From Bacilli bacterium (GTDB lineage Bacteria > Bacillota_I > Bacilli_A > RFN20 > CAG-826), in contig JBGUOH010000001.1 of NCBI GenBank assembly GCA_045117995.1, positions 746 through 64,745 on the forward strand: 64,000 bases of DNA. Reading direction: 5' to 3'. Position numbers and translations under genes: made by a program. Shown here piece by piece: positions 10,197 to 18,515 of the stretch (its first letter is position 1; every line of letters begins with the position of its first letter). Below the pieces are notes generated by a model that saw nothing but the letters and a program-made list of their open reading frames with translations, made no database searches and had not been told where the DNA came from.

Positions 10197-11765
10197 ATGA
10201 AAAAAAATAAAAGCTTATCAATAATCGCCACCTTTTTATCATTACCTTTATTAGTGGGTTGTGCGGGAGCGACACATAGCTATTATAGTTCTAAACCTCC
10301 ATACACATATGACCCATCATATAATCCAGGAGATAAAATTGATCCAATTAAAGTGTTCGATTATTTTCAAGATGATGGTTATCCAGATCCATTAACTTTT
10401 GAACTAAAAGAATTTATTAATTCTCCATTCGCATTAGATGACAATCAAAACGTCATTGATAATAAAGGTAATATTATTTTAAACGCCGGCGCTGCTTTAT
10501 ATTTATACGATGTCAATAACGATGGATATCGTGATTTTTGTGTGACTAAAGAATCCAAAGTAGGAGACTATAGTACTTCTTTAATCATCCACGACTTAAG
10601 AAATAACTATGAAATTCTTAATTACAAAGAAGAAGGTAGATTCAATTACTTCTTCGAAATTAGAAATAACAATTTAGGTGTTTATAAAACACACGACAAA
10701 TATAACGAAACCCGCTACGGTGAAGGTTTAATTAACTTTACCGCTAAAAACTATATTAAATGGGACAATATCTTTGATATCAAGAGTGTCGATTTCACCT
10801 TTACATATGCTGATGCAAGCCATACGGCAGTGAGTAAGGCTAGAAAGAACAATGATACTTTATACGCAGATGTTGATAGAACAGCAACATACTTAATCGA
10901 ATTAGATGTAAAGAAAAACATTCCAGTAGTCTACCCTGAAGGGTTCTATGATCCTATTTCATTTGTGTGCAATAGTGATGATGTCGTGATCTTTAATCCT
11001 TTAAAAAATAATCCATTTAAATATGCAATTTACTTCCAAGGAAGTGAAGATAGTTTTTCTATCGATATGAACTTCTCTGGTTTTTCTAAAACTTTGAATT
11101 TTGATGTAAAAGCTGATTACATAAGCCCATTCACTAGATTGAAACTAAGTAGTCTTATTGCTTTTGTTTCTCAATTCTCTCTTCCAAATATCGAAGGCAT
11201 TGATGTTAAAGAAGAAAAGCTTGGTACTTTAGCCCCAGAATCTAGTCGTGGTATTGGTACTTTATATCAATTTACTGATGATTCTTACTTATCTTCTCTA
11301 GAAGAATATCTCGATGAGGTACTCTTTGAAGTTAATGAAGATGAATTTGTGAGTGATGATTTAACCGATTACACCTACATCATTAAAACCGATGAAGGTG
11401 ATTATGAATTCATGGGCAAAGATCGTTTCTTCTTTGTGAACGATAGATGCTTCATGGCGAGAAAACCATTAGAGATGAATCGTTTCTCTGCGAGTAACAC
11501 AAGTTACTTCTTTGACAGTGAAGTCTATAGCATCTCTATGGAACCATACGCTGAAGGTACAAGCTCAGCGAGAATCTCTAACCCAGAAGATATTGTCATG
11601 AATAAGAAATTGGCCCTTGATGAAAAGATTATGGATGCGTATTACACATTCGAGCTTAGAGGCGCGAAGTATTACGTGTTAAATAGTAAGAAGTTCATGG
11701 ACGCAAGTGGTCGTTATGTCTACGAGATCATTTCAGACGCTGATTTCTCATCTATTTTTGCTTAA
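10197..11765 (+). CDS. Lipoprotein, paralog family member 5
   Basis: Start taken at ATG 10197 (MKKNKSL...), with an AGGAGG SD 7 nt upstream. Lipobox LVGCAG. Block LYLYDVNNDGYRDFCVTK. Divergent C-terminal half. Confidence 0.7.
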   Translation: MKKNKSLSIIATFLSLPLLVGCAGATHSYYSSKPPYTYDPSYNPGDKIDPIKVFDYFQDDGYPDPLTFELKEFINSPFALDDNQNVIDNKGNIILNAGAALYLYDVNNDGYRDFCVTKESKVGDYSTSLIIHDLRNNYEILNYKEEGRFNYFFEIRNNNLGVYKTHDKYNETRYGEGLINFTAKNYIKWDNIFDIKSVDFTFTYADASHTAVSKARKNNDTLYADVDRTATYLIELDVKKNIPVVYPEGFYDPISFVCNSDDVVIFNPLKNNPFKYAIYFQGSEDSFSIDMNFSGFSKTLNFDVKADYISPFTRLKLSSLIAFVSQFSLPNIEGIDVKEEKLGTLAPESSRGIGTLYQFTDDSYLSSLEEYLDEVLFEVNEDEFVSDDLTDYTYIIKTDEGDYEFMGKDRFFFVNDRCFMARKPLEMNRFSASNTSYFFDSEVYSISMEPYAEGTSSARISNPEDIVMNKKLALDEKIMDAYYTFELRGAKYYVLNSKKFMDASGRYVYEIISDADFSSIFA

Positions 11766-11881
11766 TCCTTATTAATTATATATTTTATAAATTAATTTAT
11801 AGACAAGTATAATGAGTAGTCATATAATTGTTTTTGAAGTGTACTAAGTGTATTAATACAGACACTAGTCAGGAGGCACAT

Positions 11882-14800
11882 ATGCTATCGATTAAAAACC
11901 TCACAAAAATTTATAAAATCAAAGGCGGTAATAACACTGTTGCCTTAGATAAAGTTAATATCGATTTTCCAGAAAAAGGTATGGTTTTCCTTTTAGGTAA
12001 ATCTGGTTCTGGTAAATCTACATTATTAAACCTTATCGGTGGTCTTGATTTCCCAACCGATGGTGAAATTATCTTAAAGGGCAGAAGTAGTAAAGACTTC
12101 TCACAATCAGACTTTGATAGTTATCGTAATACTTATATCGGTTTTATTTTCCAAGAATATAACATTCTTAACGAATTTAATGTTGAACAAAACATCGCGT
12201 TAGCCATTGAACTTCAAGGTAAGAAAGTTACTAAAGAAGCAGTGGATAAGCTTTTAGAACAAGTTGACCTCGTGGGATATGGTAAAAGAAAACCAAATAC
12301 TCTCTCTGGTGGTCAAAAGCAAAGAATCGCGATTGCTAGAGCTTTAATCAAAGAGCCAAACATCATTATGGCGGACGAGCCTACCGGCGCTCTTGATAGT
12401 AAGACCGGTGAACAAGTCTTTGAAACATTAAAGAAATTATCTAGTGATAAACTAGTCATCGTTGTTTCTCACGATAGAGATTTCGCGGAAAGATTTGGTG
12501 ATCGTATCATCGAACTTAAGGATGGTAAGATTCTAAGTGACCAAACCAAACACATGGTGGAATCTACCTCCATTAGTGACAATGTCACTATTATTAATGA
12601 CCATGCGATTAAAATTAACGACGCGAAAAAGTTAACTAAGAAAGATTTTGATAAGTTATATGAATCCATCAAGAACAGCGATGGCAAGGTTTTTATCAGC
12701 AGTGGTGAAAACGCTGATAAGTCAATGAAAGTCGCCCGTATCTCTGATGATGGAAGAAGTGATGAATTTAAAGAAACAGGCGCTATTGAACTCAAACAAT
12801 ATGATGCTTCTAAAACCACATTCATCCGTTCTAAGATGCCAGTTAGTAAATCCACTAAGATGGGTTTAAGTTCTCTTAAAACTAAACCAATCCGTTTAGT
12901 GTTCACAATGTTATTAAGCGTGGTGTCATTCACCATGTTTGGTGTAGCGTCCGCTTTAATGCTTTATAATCCAAATCACACTTATAGTGAAGCTTTAAGT
13001 AAAACTGATTACAAGGCGGAAACATTAAGCAAAAGCGCCACTGGTAAAGATGTTAACCAAACACTCGACGCTGAAGGAAATGTCATTGATGAATGGTCCT
13101 ATTCTTCTCAAGAAGGCCGCCTCTTTGGTGTTAATGAGATTAAAGAGTTAAATAAGAACTCATTAGGTTTAGTCTATATTCCTGTCGGAAGATCCTATAG
13201 CTCCATTAATCTCAAGAGCGCTAATGGCATGACCAAAAACGCTGATTTCTATCGTCGATATTATCAAATCACTAAGCTTTCTGACGCTAGTGAAGAAGAC
13301 TTTAATAGATTAGGTTACCAACTTGATGGTACATTCCCAACCAAAGACAATGAAATTATCGTGGCTAAATCAATCGGTCAAATGCTCGTTGATTCAGGTG
13401 CGGTTAACAAACATAACTACATTGAAACGATTGGTGAAAAAGTCACTATGTCTAGCAAGATGGGTGGAAATAAAGAATTTACCATTACTGGCTATTTTGA
13501 CGCTGGCGATATTGATACTAAATATTTTGATTTAACAAACGAAGACGCCAAATTAACTCCATCAGAAAAAAATGACTTGGAGAATGGTTTAGGTGAATTC
13601 TTCACTAACTCATTTAATTCCGTCGCCTTTGTCACGTCTAAAGCTTTTGATGAAAACGTCGAAGTTAGAGCAAACAACAATCGTAATTATATTGAATCAG
13701 TTTATAGAATGGGCATCTTTCTCGATACCGTTAGTGTGGAAAATATTCCTAATGTCTCTGAATATGGTGATTCTTTCTTCACAGAAAAGACAGTTAACAA
13801 TTACAAAAATGAATTTGTTATCTATGATAAAGATGGCAATGTAATCGAAAATTTCTCCATTAAAGACGATGAGATTTACATTCCAAAAGATAGTTACGAT
13901 AATATCGCTTATCAAGTGAGAGATTCATTTTATGAATCATTGCTTAATCTTGAGATTAGATACTATAGTCCTGTATTGAAATTCATGCCAACTTACTACG
14001 CGTTCTGTTCAAACGATGATAACTATGAAGAACTCATTGCTTTAAGAAACTACTACTATGTTTCTAAAGAAATGGCTCGCGAATTCTTAAAAGATTACGT
14101 TGATGAATACGCTAGAGCATACAAGATTAATTTATTCCTTAGCGAATACATCGATACCCCTAGTTTCAATGCTTTACCAAGTGAAAAGCAAACTTTATTA
14201 AGACAAGTCAATATCGCTAATCCTGGTGAGATCACAAACGAACAAGTTCAAGAAGTTTATAACATTCTTGATACATACGCTGATAACGCTGATGCTTGTC
14301 CTAATTTCTTACCATACTTATATCTACAACAAGCATCTAATGATGAGATCTTTGGTAAGAAGATTTTTGACGACACCGTCTTATCAAATGCTTTATCTAG
14401 TGATTACAAATCGTGGTCAGAATCTACCATCCAAGCCGTTACTAATTTCTTGAATGAGAATTGTAAGAAAGGCTTAACTCGTGGTTATAAGAACTGGGTG
14501 AATATCATGAAAGGTTTCACCTTCAAAGACTTTGAACCTGCTGGTGATGCTGTATTAAAAGCGGATGCTGATCTTGTTTATTACTATGCTTCATTTAATG
14601 GCACAAAAGGTACTTTAAATATTGCTGGTTACTACGTATGCAATCAAAACGCTTGGGCGGAATTAGTTTCAGAAAACTTCTTGTTAACTAATACCAAGGC
14701 TCAAGACAATGGTAATGGAAACACTTATCGTTCCTTCTTCCTGACTGATTATGAAGAAATCGAAGATGCTAGATACGATAGTGTGATGGTTAAAACCGAT

Positions 14801-15313
14801 TATACTGAAGAACAAATTGCGCAAATGTTCAAATGTACCGCTAAAGCGTGCAAGTATGATTTCAATAGCCAAAAGTATCAAAGTGTAAGCTTCATCGTTT
14901 CCATGATTAATGTCTTGAAACAAGTCTTCTTCTGGATTGGTGTGGGCTTCGGTGTCTTCGCGGCATTGATGTTCCTTAACTTCATCACTGTCTCCATTGC
15001 CTCTAAGCAAAAAGATATTGGTATCTTACGCGCTATCGGCGCAAGAAAGAGTGATGTCTTCAAGATTTTCTTCTCGGAATCATTATTTATTGCCACCGTT
15101 TGTACAGTCTTAGCGTTGATATTTACCTTTGTCGCAGAGTTCTTCTTAGATCGATACTTTGTTTCAGAAATTGGTATCTCAGTCTTGCAGTTCAGCTTTA
15201 TTACTGTTGGACTAGTCATGGCGGTCTCATTATTCATCGCGTTAATCGCAACATTTATTCCGGTCTTGCATTCATCTAAGAAGCCTCCAGTCGAATCGAT
15301 TAGAGCGTTATAA
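11882..15313 (+). CDS. MacB/FtsX-type ABC transporter, fused ATPase and permease with a large extracytoplasmic domain
   Basis: Start at ATG 11882, after an AGGAGG SD. Walker A GKSGSGKST, signature LSGGQKQRIAIARAL and Walker B IIMADEPTGALD. A TM helix near residue 360, then ~650 aa of extracytoplasmic sequence, then a C-terminal FtsX-like 3-TM bundle. Confidence 0.8.
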   Translation: MLSIKNLTKIYKIKGGNNTVALDKVNIDFPEKGMVFLLGKSGSGKSTLLNLIGGLDFPTDGEIILKGRSSKDFSQSDFDSYRNTYIGFIFQEYNILNEFNVEQNIALAIELQGKKVTKEAVDKLLEQVDLVGYGKRKPNTLSGGQKQRIAIARALIKEPNIIMADEPTGALDSKTGEQVFETLKKLSSDKLVIVVSHDRDFAERFGDRIIELKDGKILSDQTKHMVESTSISDNVTIINDHAIKINDAKKLTKKDFDKLYESIKNSDGKVFISSGENADKSMKVARISDDGRSDEFKETGAIELKQYDASKTTFIRSKMPVSKSTKMGLSSLKTKPIRLVFTMLLSVVSFTMFGVASALMLYNPNHTYSEALSKTDYKAETLSKSATGKDVNQTLDAEGNVIDEWSYSSQEGRLFGVNEIKELNKNSLGLVYIPVGRSYSSINLKSANGMTKNADFYRRYYQITKLSDASEEDFNRLGYQLDGTFPTKDNEIIVAKSIGQMLVDSGAVNKHNYIETIGEKVTMSSKMGGNKEFTITGYFDAGDIDTKYFDLTNEDAKLTPSEKNDLENGLGEFFTNSFNSVAFVTSKAFDENVEVRANNNRNYIESVYRMGIFLDTVSVENIPNVSEYGDSFFTEKTVNNYKNEFVIYDKDGNVIENFSIKDDEIYIPKDSYDNIAYQVRDSFYESLLNLEIRYYSPVLKFMPTYYAFCSNDDNYEELIALRNYYYVSKEMAREFLKDYVDEYARAYKINLFLSEYIDTPSFNALPSEKQTLLRQVNIANPGEITNEQVQEVYNILDTYADNADACPNFLPYLYLQQASNDEIFGKKIFDDTVLSNALSSDYKSWSESTIQAVTNFLNENCKKGLTRGYKNWVNIMKGFTFKDFEPAGDAVLKADADLVYYYASFNGTKGTLNIAGYYVCNQNAWAELVSENFLLTNTKAQDNGNGNTYRSFFLTDYEEIEDARYDSVMVKTDYTEEQIAQMFKCTAKACKYDFNSQKYQSVSFIVSMINVLKQVFFWIGVGFGVFAALMFLNFITVSIASKQKDIGILRAIGARKSDVFKIFFSESLFIATVCTVLALIFTFVAEFFLDRYFVSEIGISVLQFSFITVGLVMAVSLFIALIATFIPVLHSSKKPPVESIRAL

Positions 15314-15318
15314 CATAA

Positions 15319-15350
15319 GGCCTCAGGGCATTAGCCTTGAGGCTTTTTAT
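15319..15350 (+). terminator. Rho-independent terminator after the ABC gene
   Basis: GGCCTCAGGGC-atta-GCCTTGAGGCT hairpin followed by a T-run. Confidence 0.6.
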
Positions 15351-15415
15351 TTCTAGTGTTGAAATTAATTAATGGCTTCTATAAAATAGAACTAACGAAG
15401 AAAAGGAATTTTATT

Positions 15416-16912
15416 ATGAAATGCAAGAAATTTTTAATGCTTTCAGCTGTTTTAGCCCTTTCACTTTGTGCCTGTAAAGGTAATGGTGAAAACGGTGGCA
15501 AATCAAGTGAAAGTAAACAAACTCCTGATGTTGCTCCAACAATGAACCTCAAATTCGATGAACTTACTGATGAGGATACCGCCTGTGTTCCTTCATACGT
15601 CAAAGCATACATCGATGCGATGAAAGAGCAAGAAACAAGGATTTCTCACCCAGACCGTGTTGACCACTTATTCTGTGAAATGTCATGGGAACAAGCCGCT
15701 AAACTTGGCGATAAGGGTGATGGCGCTACATATAGTAGCTCTCAAAAAGGTGGCGTTGACGTTTGTGAAATGTTAAGCCGTAGTCAATCCTATGAAAATA
15801 AACCAGTCGAACTCAAATGGGAAAAAGAAGACAAAGACTTCTCTGACGCTAAAGTTGTCTTCTGGTCAAAATTAGACAAGAGTGACAAGCGTGAAGTCGC
15901 TGTTGATGCCAGTGGTGAAAAAGCTTCCGCTAAATTACCAAACCTCTTCATTAATACAGCTTACTACTATCAAGTAGTTAAAGGTGAAGAAGCTTCCCAA
16001 ATGGGTGACTTTGTCACAGGTGACTATTCCAGAATGATCACAATGGGCAAGATTTCTAACGTCCGTGATATGGGTGGCCATACAACATCTTATGGTGTTC
16101 AAACAAATCAAGGCTTAATCTTCCGTGGTGGTGAAATTGCTCCTAAAGCCTTCTCCGATGGTGGTAACAGCCACTCCGCTAACTGGACAGGCAAAGATGC
16201 CGAAGCCGGCCAAAAGGTCCAAGAAGAAGTTCTCAATATCGGTCTTGAATTAGACTTAAGAACAAAATCAGGTTCTGGTTCCATGACCAAATCCGAATTA
16301 AACTGGCAAGGTGAATGGAAACAAGAAAATAAGAACCCATCTTTAGCCTCTGTTGCTGAAGCTGGTAACGTCGATGGCAAAGCCCAATACGTTAGATGCT
16401 CTATCAACTCTTACGATTCATTCATTACTGATCAAAACAGAAAGAGTGAAGCAGACAACGCTAATAGAGACCTTGTCGTTGAAATCTTTGATTACTTAGC
16501 TAACGCTGATAAACAACACGTATTTTTCCACTGCTGGGGTGGTGCTGATAGAACTGGTGTTACTGGTTTCTTACTCAACGCTATCTGTGGTGTCAGTTAC
16601 ACTGATGCAATCATCGACTTCGAATTAACAACCTTAACAAATAATAAGAGATGCCATATGCATAACTCTCAAAACGCTCACTTCCCAAAATTCTTAAACT
16701 TATTCACAAGTAGTTATGAATTTGAAAGAAACGGCGAAAAATTCACCTATACATTCGAAGAAGATAAGACTTTAAGACATAACGCTGATAACTTACTCCT
16801 CGCTATGGGCGTTAAACAAGAAACACTCGAAAAGATTCGTGGCATTATGCTTCCAGGTTATGCTGAAGGCAAATTAACCGAAAACGAAAGAGAAAATAAA
16901 GGCTGGCAATAA
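15416..16912 (+). CDS. Lipoprotein with a tyrosine-phosphatase-like (Cys-based CX5R, Y_phosphatase3-like) domain
   Basis: Start taken at ATG 15416 (MKCKKFLMLSAVLALSLCACKG), a signal peptide with a probable lipobox. Active-site-like loop HCWGGADRTG (C-x5-R followed by TG), matching the P-loop of Cys-dependent protein/lipid phosphatases. Confidence 0.6.
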   Translation: MKCKKFLMLSAVLALSLCACKGNGENGGKSSESKQTPDVAPTMNLKFDELTDEDTACVPSYVKAYIDAMKEQETRISHPDRVDHLFCEMSWEQAAKLGDKGDGATYSSSQKGGVDVCEMLSRSQSYENKPVELKWEKEDKDFSDAKVVFWSKLDKSDKREVAVDASGEKASAKLPNLFINTAYYYQVVKGEEASQMGDFVTGDYSRMITMGKISNVRDMGGHTTSYGVQTNQGLIFRGGEIAPKAFSDGGNSHSANWTGKDAEAGQKVQEEVLNIGLELDLRTKSGSGSMTKSELNWQGEWKQENKNPSLASVAEAGNVDGKAQYVRCSINSYDSFITDQNRKSEADNANRDLVVEIFDYLANADKQHVFFHCWGGADRTGVTGFLLNAICGVSYTDAIIDFELTTLTNNKRCHMHNSQNAHFPKFLNLFTSSYEFERNGEKFTYTFEEDKTLRHNADNLLLAMGVKQETLEKIRGIMLPGYAEGKLTENERENKGWQ

Positions 16913-16937
16913 TATTTACTAGCGGTTATTGAAAATA

Positions 16938-16966
16938 GGCAGGTCCCCGTGACTTGCCTTTTTTGT
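16938..16966 (+). terminator. Rho-independent terminator
   Basis: GGCAGGTC-cccgt-GACTTGCC hairpin (one G-U pair) followed by TTTTTT. Confidence 0.55.
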
Positions 16967-16982
16967 TTCACGTGCTACACTT

Positions 16983-17300
16983 ATGTATATGAACGAAAAA
17001 CCTAACAATAATGTTGAACTAACAGAAAAAGAGATCAAAGAACAAAAAATAGTTGAAAAAGAAAACAAGCTTTTAAGATTTTTGCTTCCAATCGTCGGTG
17101 GTATTGCCTTCATCCTTGGCTTATTGGGCTTTATTTTGACCATTGGTGAAGGAAAACCAGGTATTACCGTTTTCTATATTATCCTCTTTGTTTTAGGCCT
17201 TTTAGGGGTTCTTTATGGAGTCTTATTAATTATCCGTAAGAAAAAACCTGATTTCCTAAAAATCAAAAAGGTCGAAAAAGAAGATACAATTCTCGATTAG
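16983..17300 (+). CDS. Small membrane protein (two predicted TM helices), unknown function
   Basis: 105 aa. Charged N-terminus, two hydrophobic helices (LLPIVGGIAFILGLLGFIL and VFYIILFVLGLLGVLYGVLLII), and a K-rich C-terminus. Confidence 0.45.
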   Translation: MYMNEKPNNNVELTEKEIKEQKIVEKENKLLRFLLPIVGGIAFILGLLGFILTIGEGKPGITVFYIILFVLGLLGVLYGVLLIIRKKKPDFLKIKKVEKEDTILD

Positions 17301-18370
17301 TTCTTCTTCTTTAATAAATAATCTTTAGTAATATCAAAGAGCATCTTCTTAACGACTGCTCTTTTTTCTTTGGAAGTATTCTTCCATTGTTCTCTAATAT
17401 CGCCGAACTTCGACACTAAGAAAGGCAAGAATTCCTTTTCACCAGGAAGTTTCTCGACATCTAGTCTTGCTAGGAAATCGAATATCGTATCGATAAACTC
17501 TTTCTTTCTCTCTTCGTCGTAGTTATATAAAGCGTAGTTGATTGTATCAACAATATGGGTACTTCTTTCTGTATAGGTGTTTTTATAAATAAAAGAATGG
17601 TCGTGTAATTCCCATGAGAAAGCATCGTGCTGCATTAACAGGGCGTTAGATGAGGCAACGATAGCCTTGCGTCTATATTCATGCATTAAACGTCCAATAA
17701 TTGATTCATCAGGGGTGTAATCATGGATTAATGGATCAATGACTTTATAGTTTTCATCATATCCCGCAGGTGGGAAGTTAGGAGCGTCATAGGAATAGAC
17801 CCCTAATAGTTTGTTTTTCTTCTTTAAAGCTTTAGCCGCGCTGATGGCGAGACGACCACCTTTAGAGTGACCACCAACGTAGAACTTTTTAAAGAAGAAA
17901 AAGTAAGCGATTTCATTGAGATAATTAATGGCTTCGATTTCACTAGGAACCATTTCTAGATAGGCCATATTGAAATCTTCTTTCCAACCTAAAGTCGTGG
18001 AGTCTGTGCCACAGAAAGAAACATACGCAAAATCTTTAAGTATTAAGGTAATAGCTTGGAACTGTTTCTCGGCATGTTTATCGTGAACTTTCTTAAACCA
18101 CGCAAACTTAATACCTTTGAATCTATTTGATAAACAAATAGTTTTGGTCATTTCAATGTATTTAAGCTTTCTTTCAGTAGCGTTCTTTGGTGGCTTATAT
18201 TCATTAATTCTTTTTAATAAATCTTCACTAGAATAAATCGTTTTTTGATTATTTAATTCATCAAAAGGGAAGTATGAAACCATCGCTAAAAGAAGAGCGT
18301 CCACTTCATTGAATGGTAGCTCTTTAAATTCGGTCTTTTGATATTTATATAAATAATCCAAAACTTGCAT
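17297..18370 (-). CDS. Alpha/beta-hydrolase, lipase-like (Mbeg1/DUF2974-like)
   Basis: 357 aa. Nucleophile elbow GGHSKGG (GxSxG) in a hydrophobic beta-strand context. No signal peptide. Confidence 0.55.
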   Translation of the reverse strand: MQVLDYLYKYQKTEFKELPFNEVDALLLAMVSYFPFDELNNQKTIYSSEDLLKRINEYKPPKNATERKLKYIEMTKTICLSNRFKGIKFAWFKKVHDKHAEKQFQAITLILKDFAYVSFCGTDSTTLGWKEDFNMAYLEMVPSEIEAINYLNEIAYFFFFKKFYVGGHSKGGRLAISAAKALKKKNKLLGVYSYDAPNFPPAGYDENYKVIDPLIHDYTPDESIIGRLMHEYRRKAIVASSNALLMQHDAFSWELHDHSFIYKNTYTERSTHIVDTINYALYNYDEERKKEFIDTIFDFLARLDVEKLPGEKEFLPFLVSKFGDIREQWKNTSKEKRAVVKKMLFDITKDYLLKKKN

Positions 18371-18515
18371 ATTCCTATCTTAACACAGCCAAATAAAAAT
18401 GCTCTTATTTTTAGTTACAAAAAATAATTATTAGTGTATGATACTAGTGTTAATTAAATTAATCCCCCAACATCCATAATGTTTTTTGTCTAAAAAATGA
18501 CAAAGAGAGGTTAAT

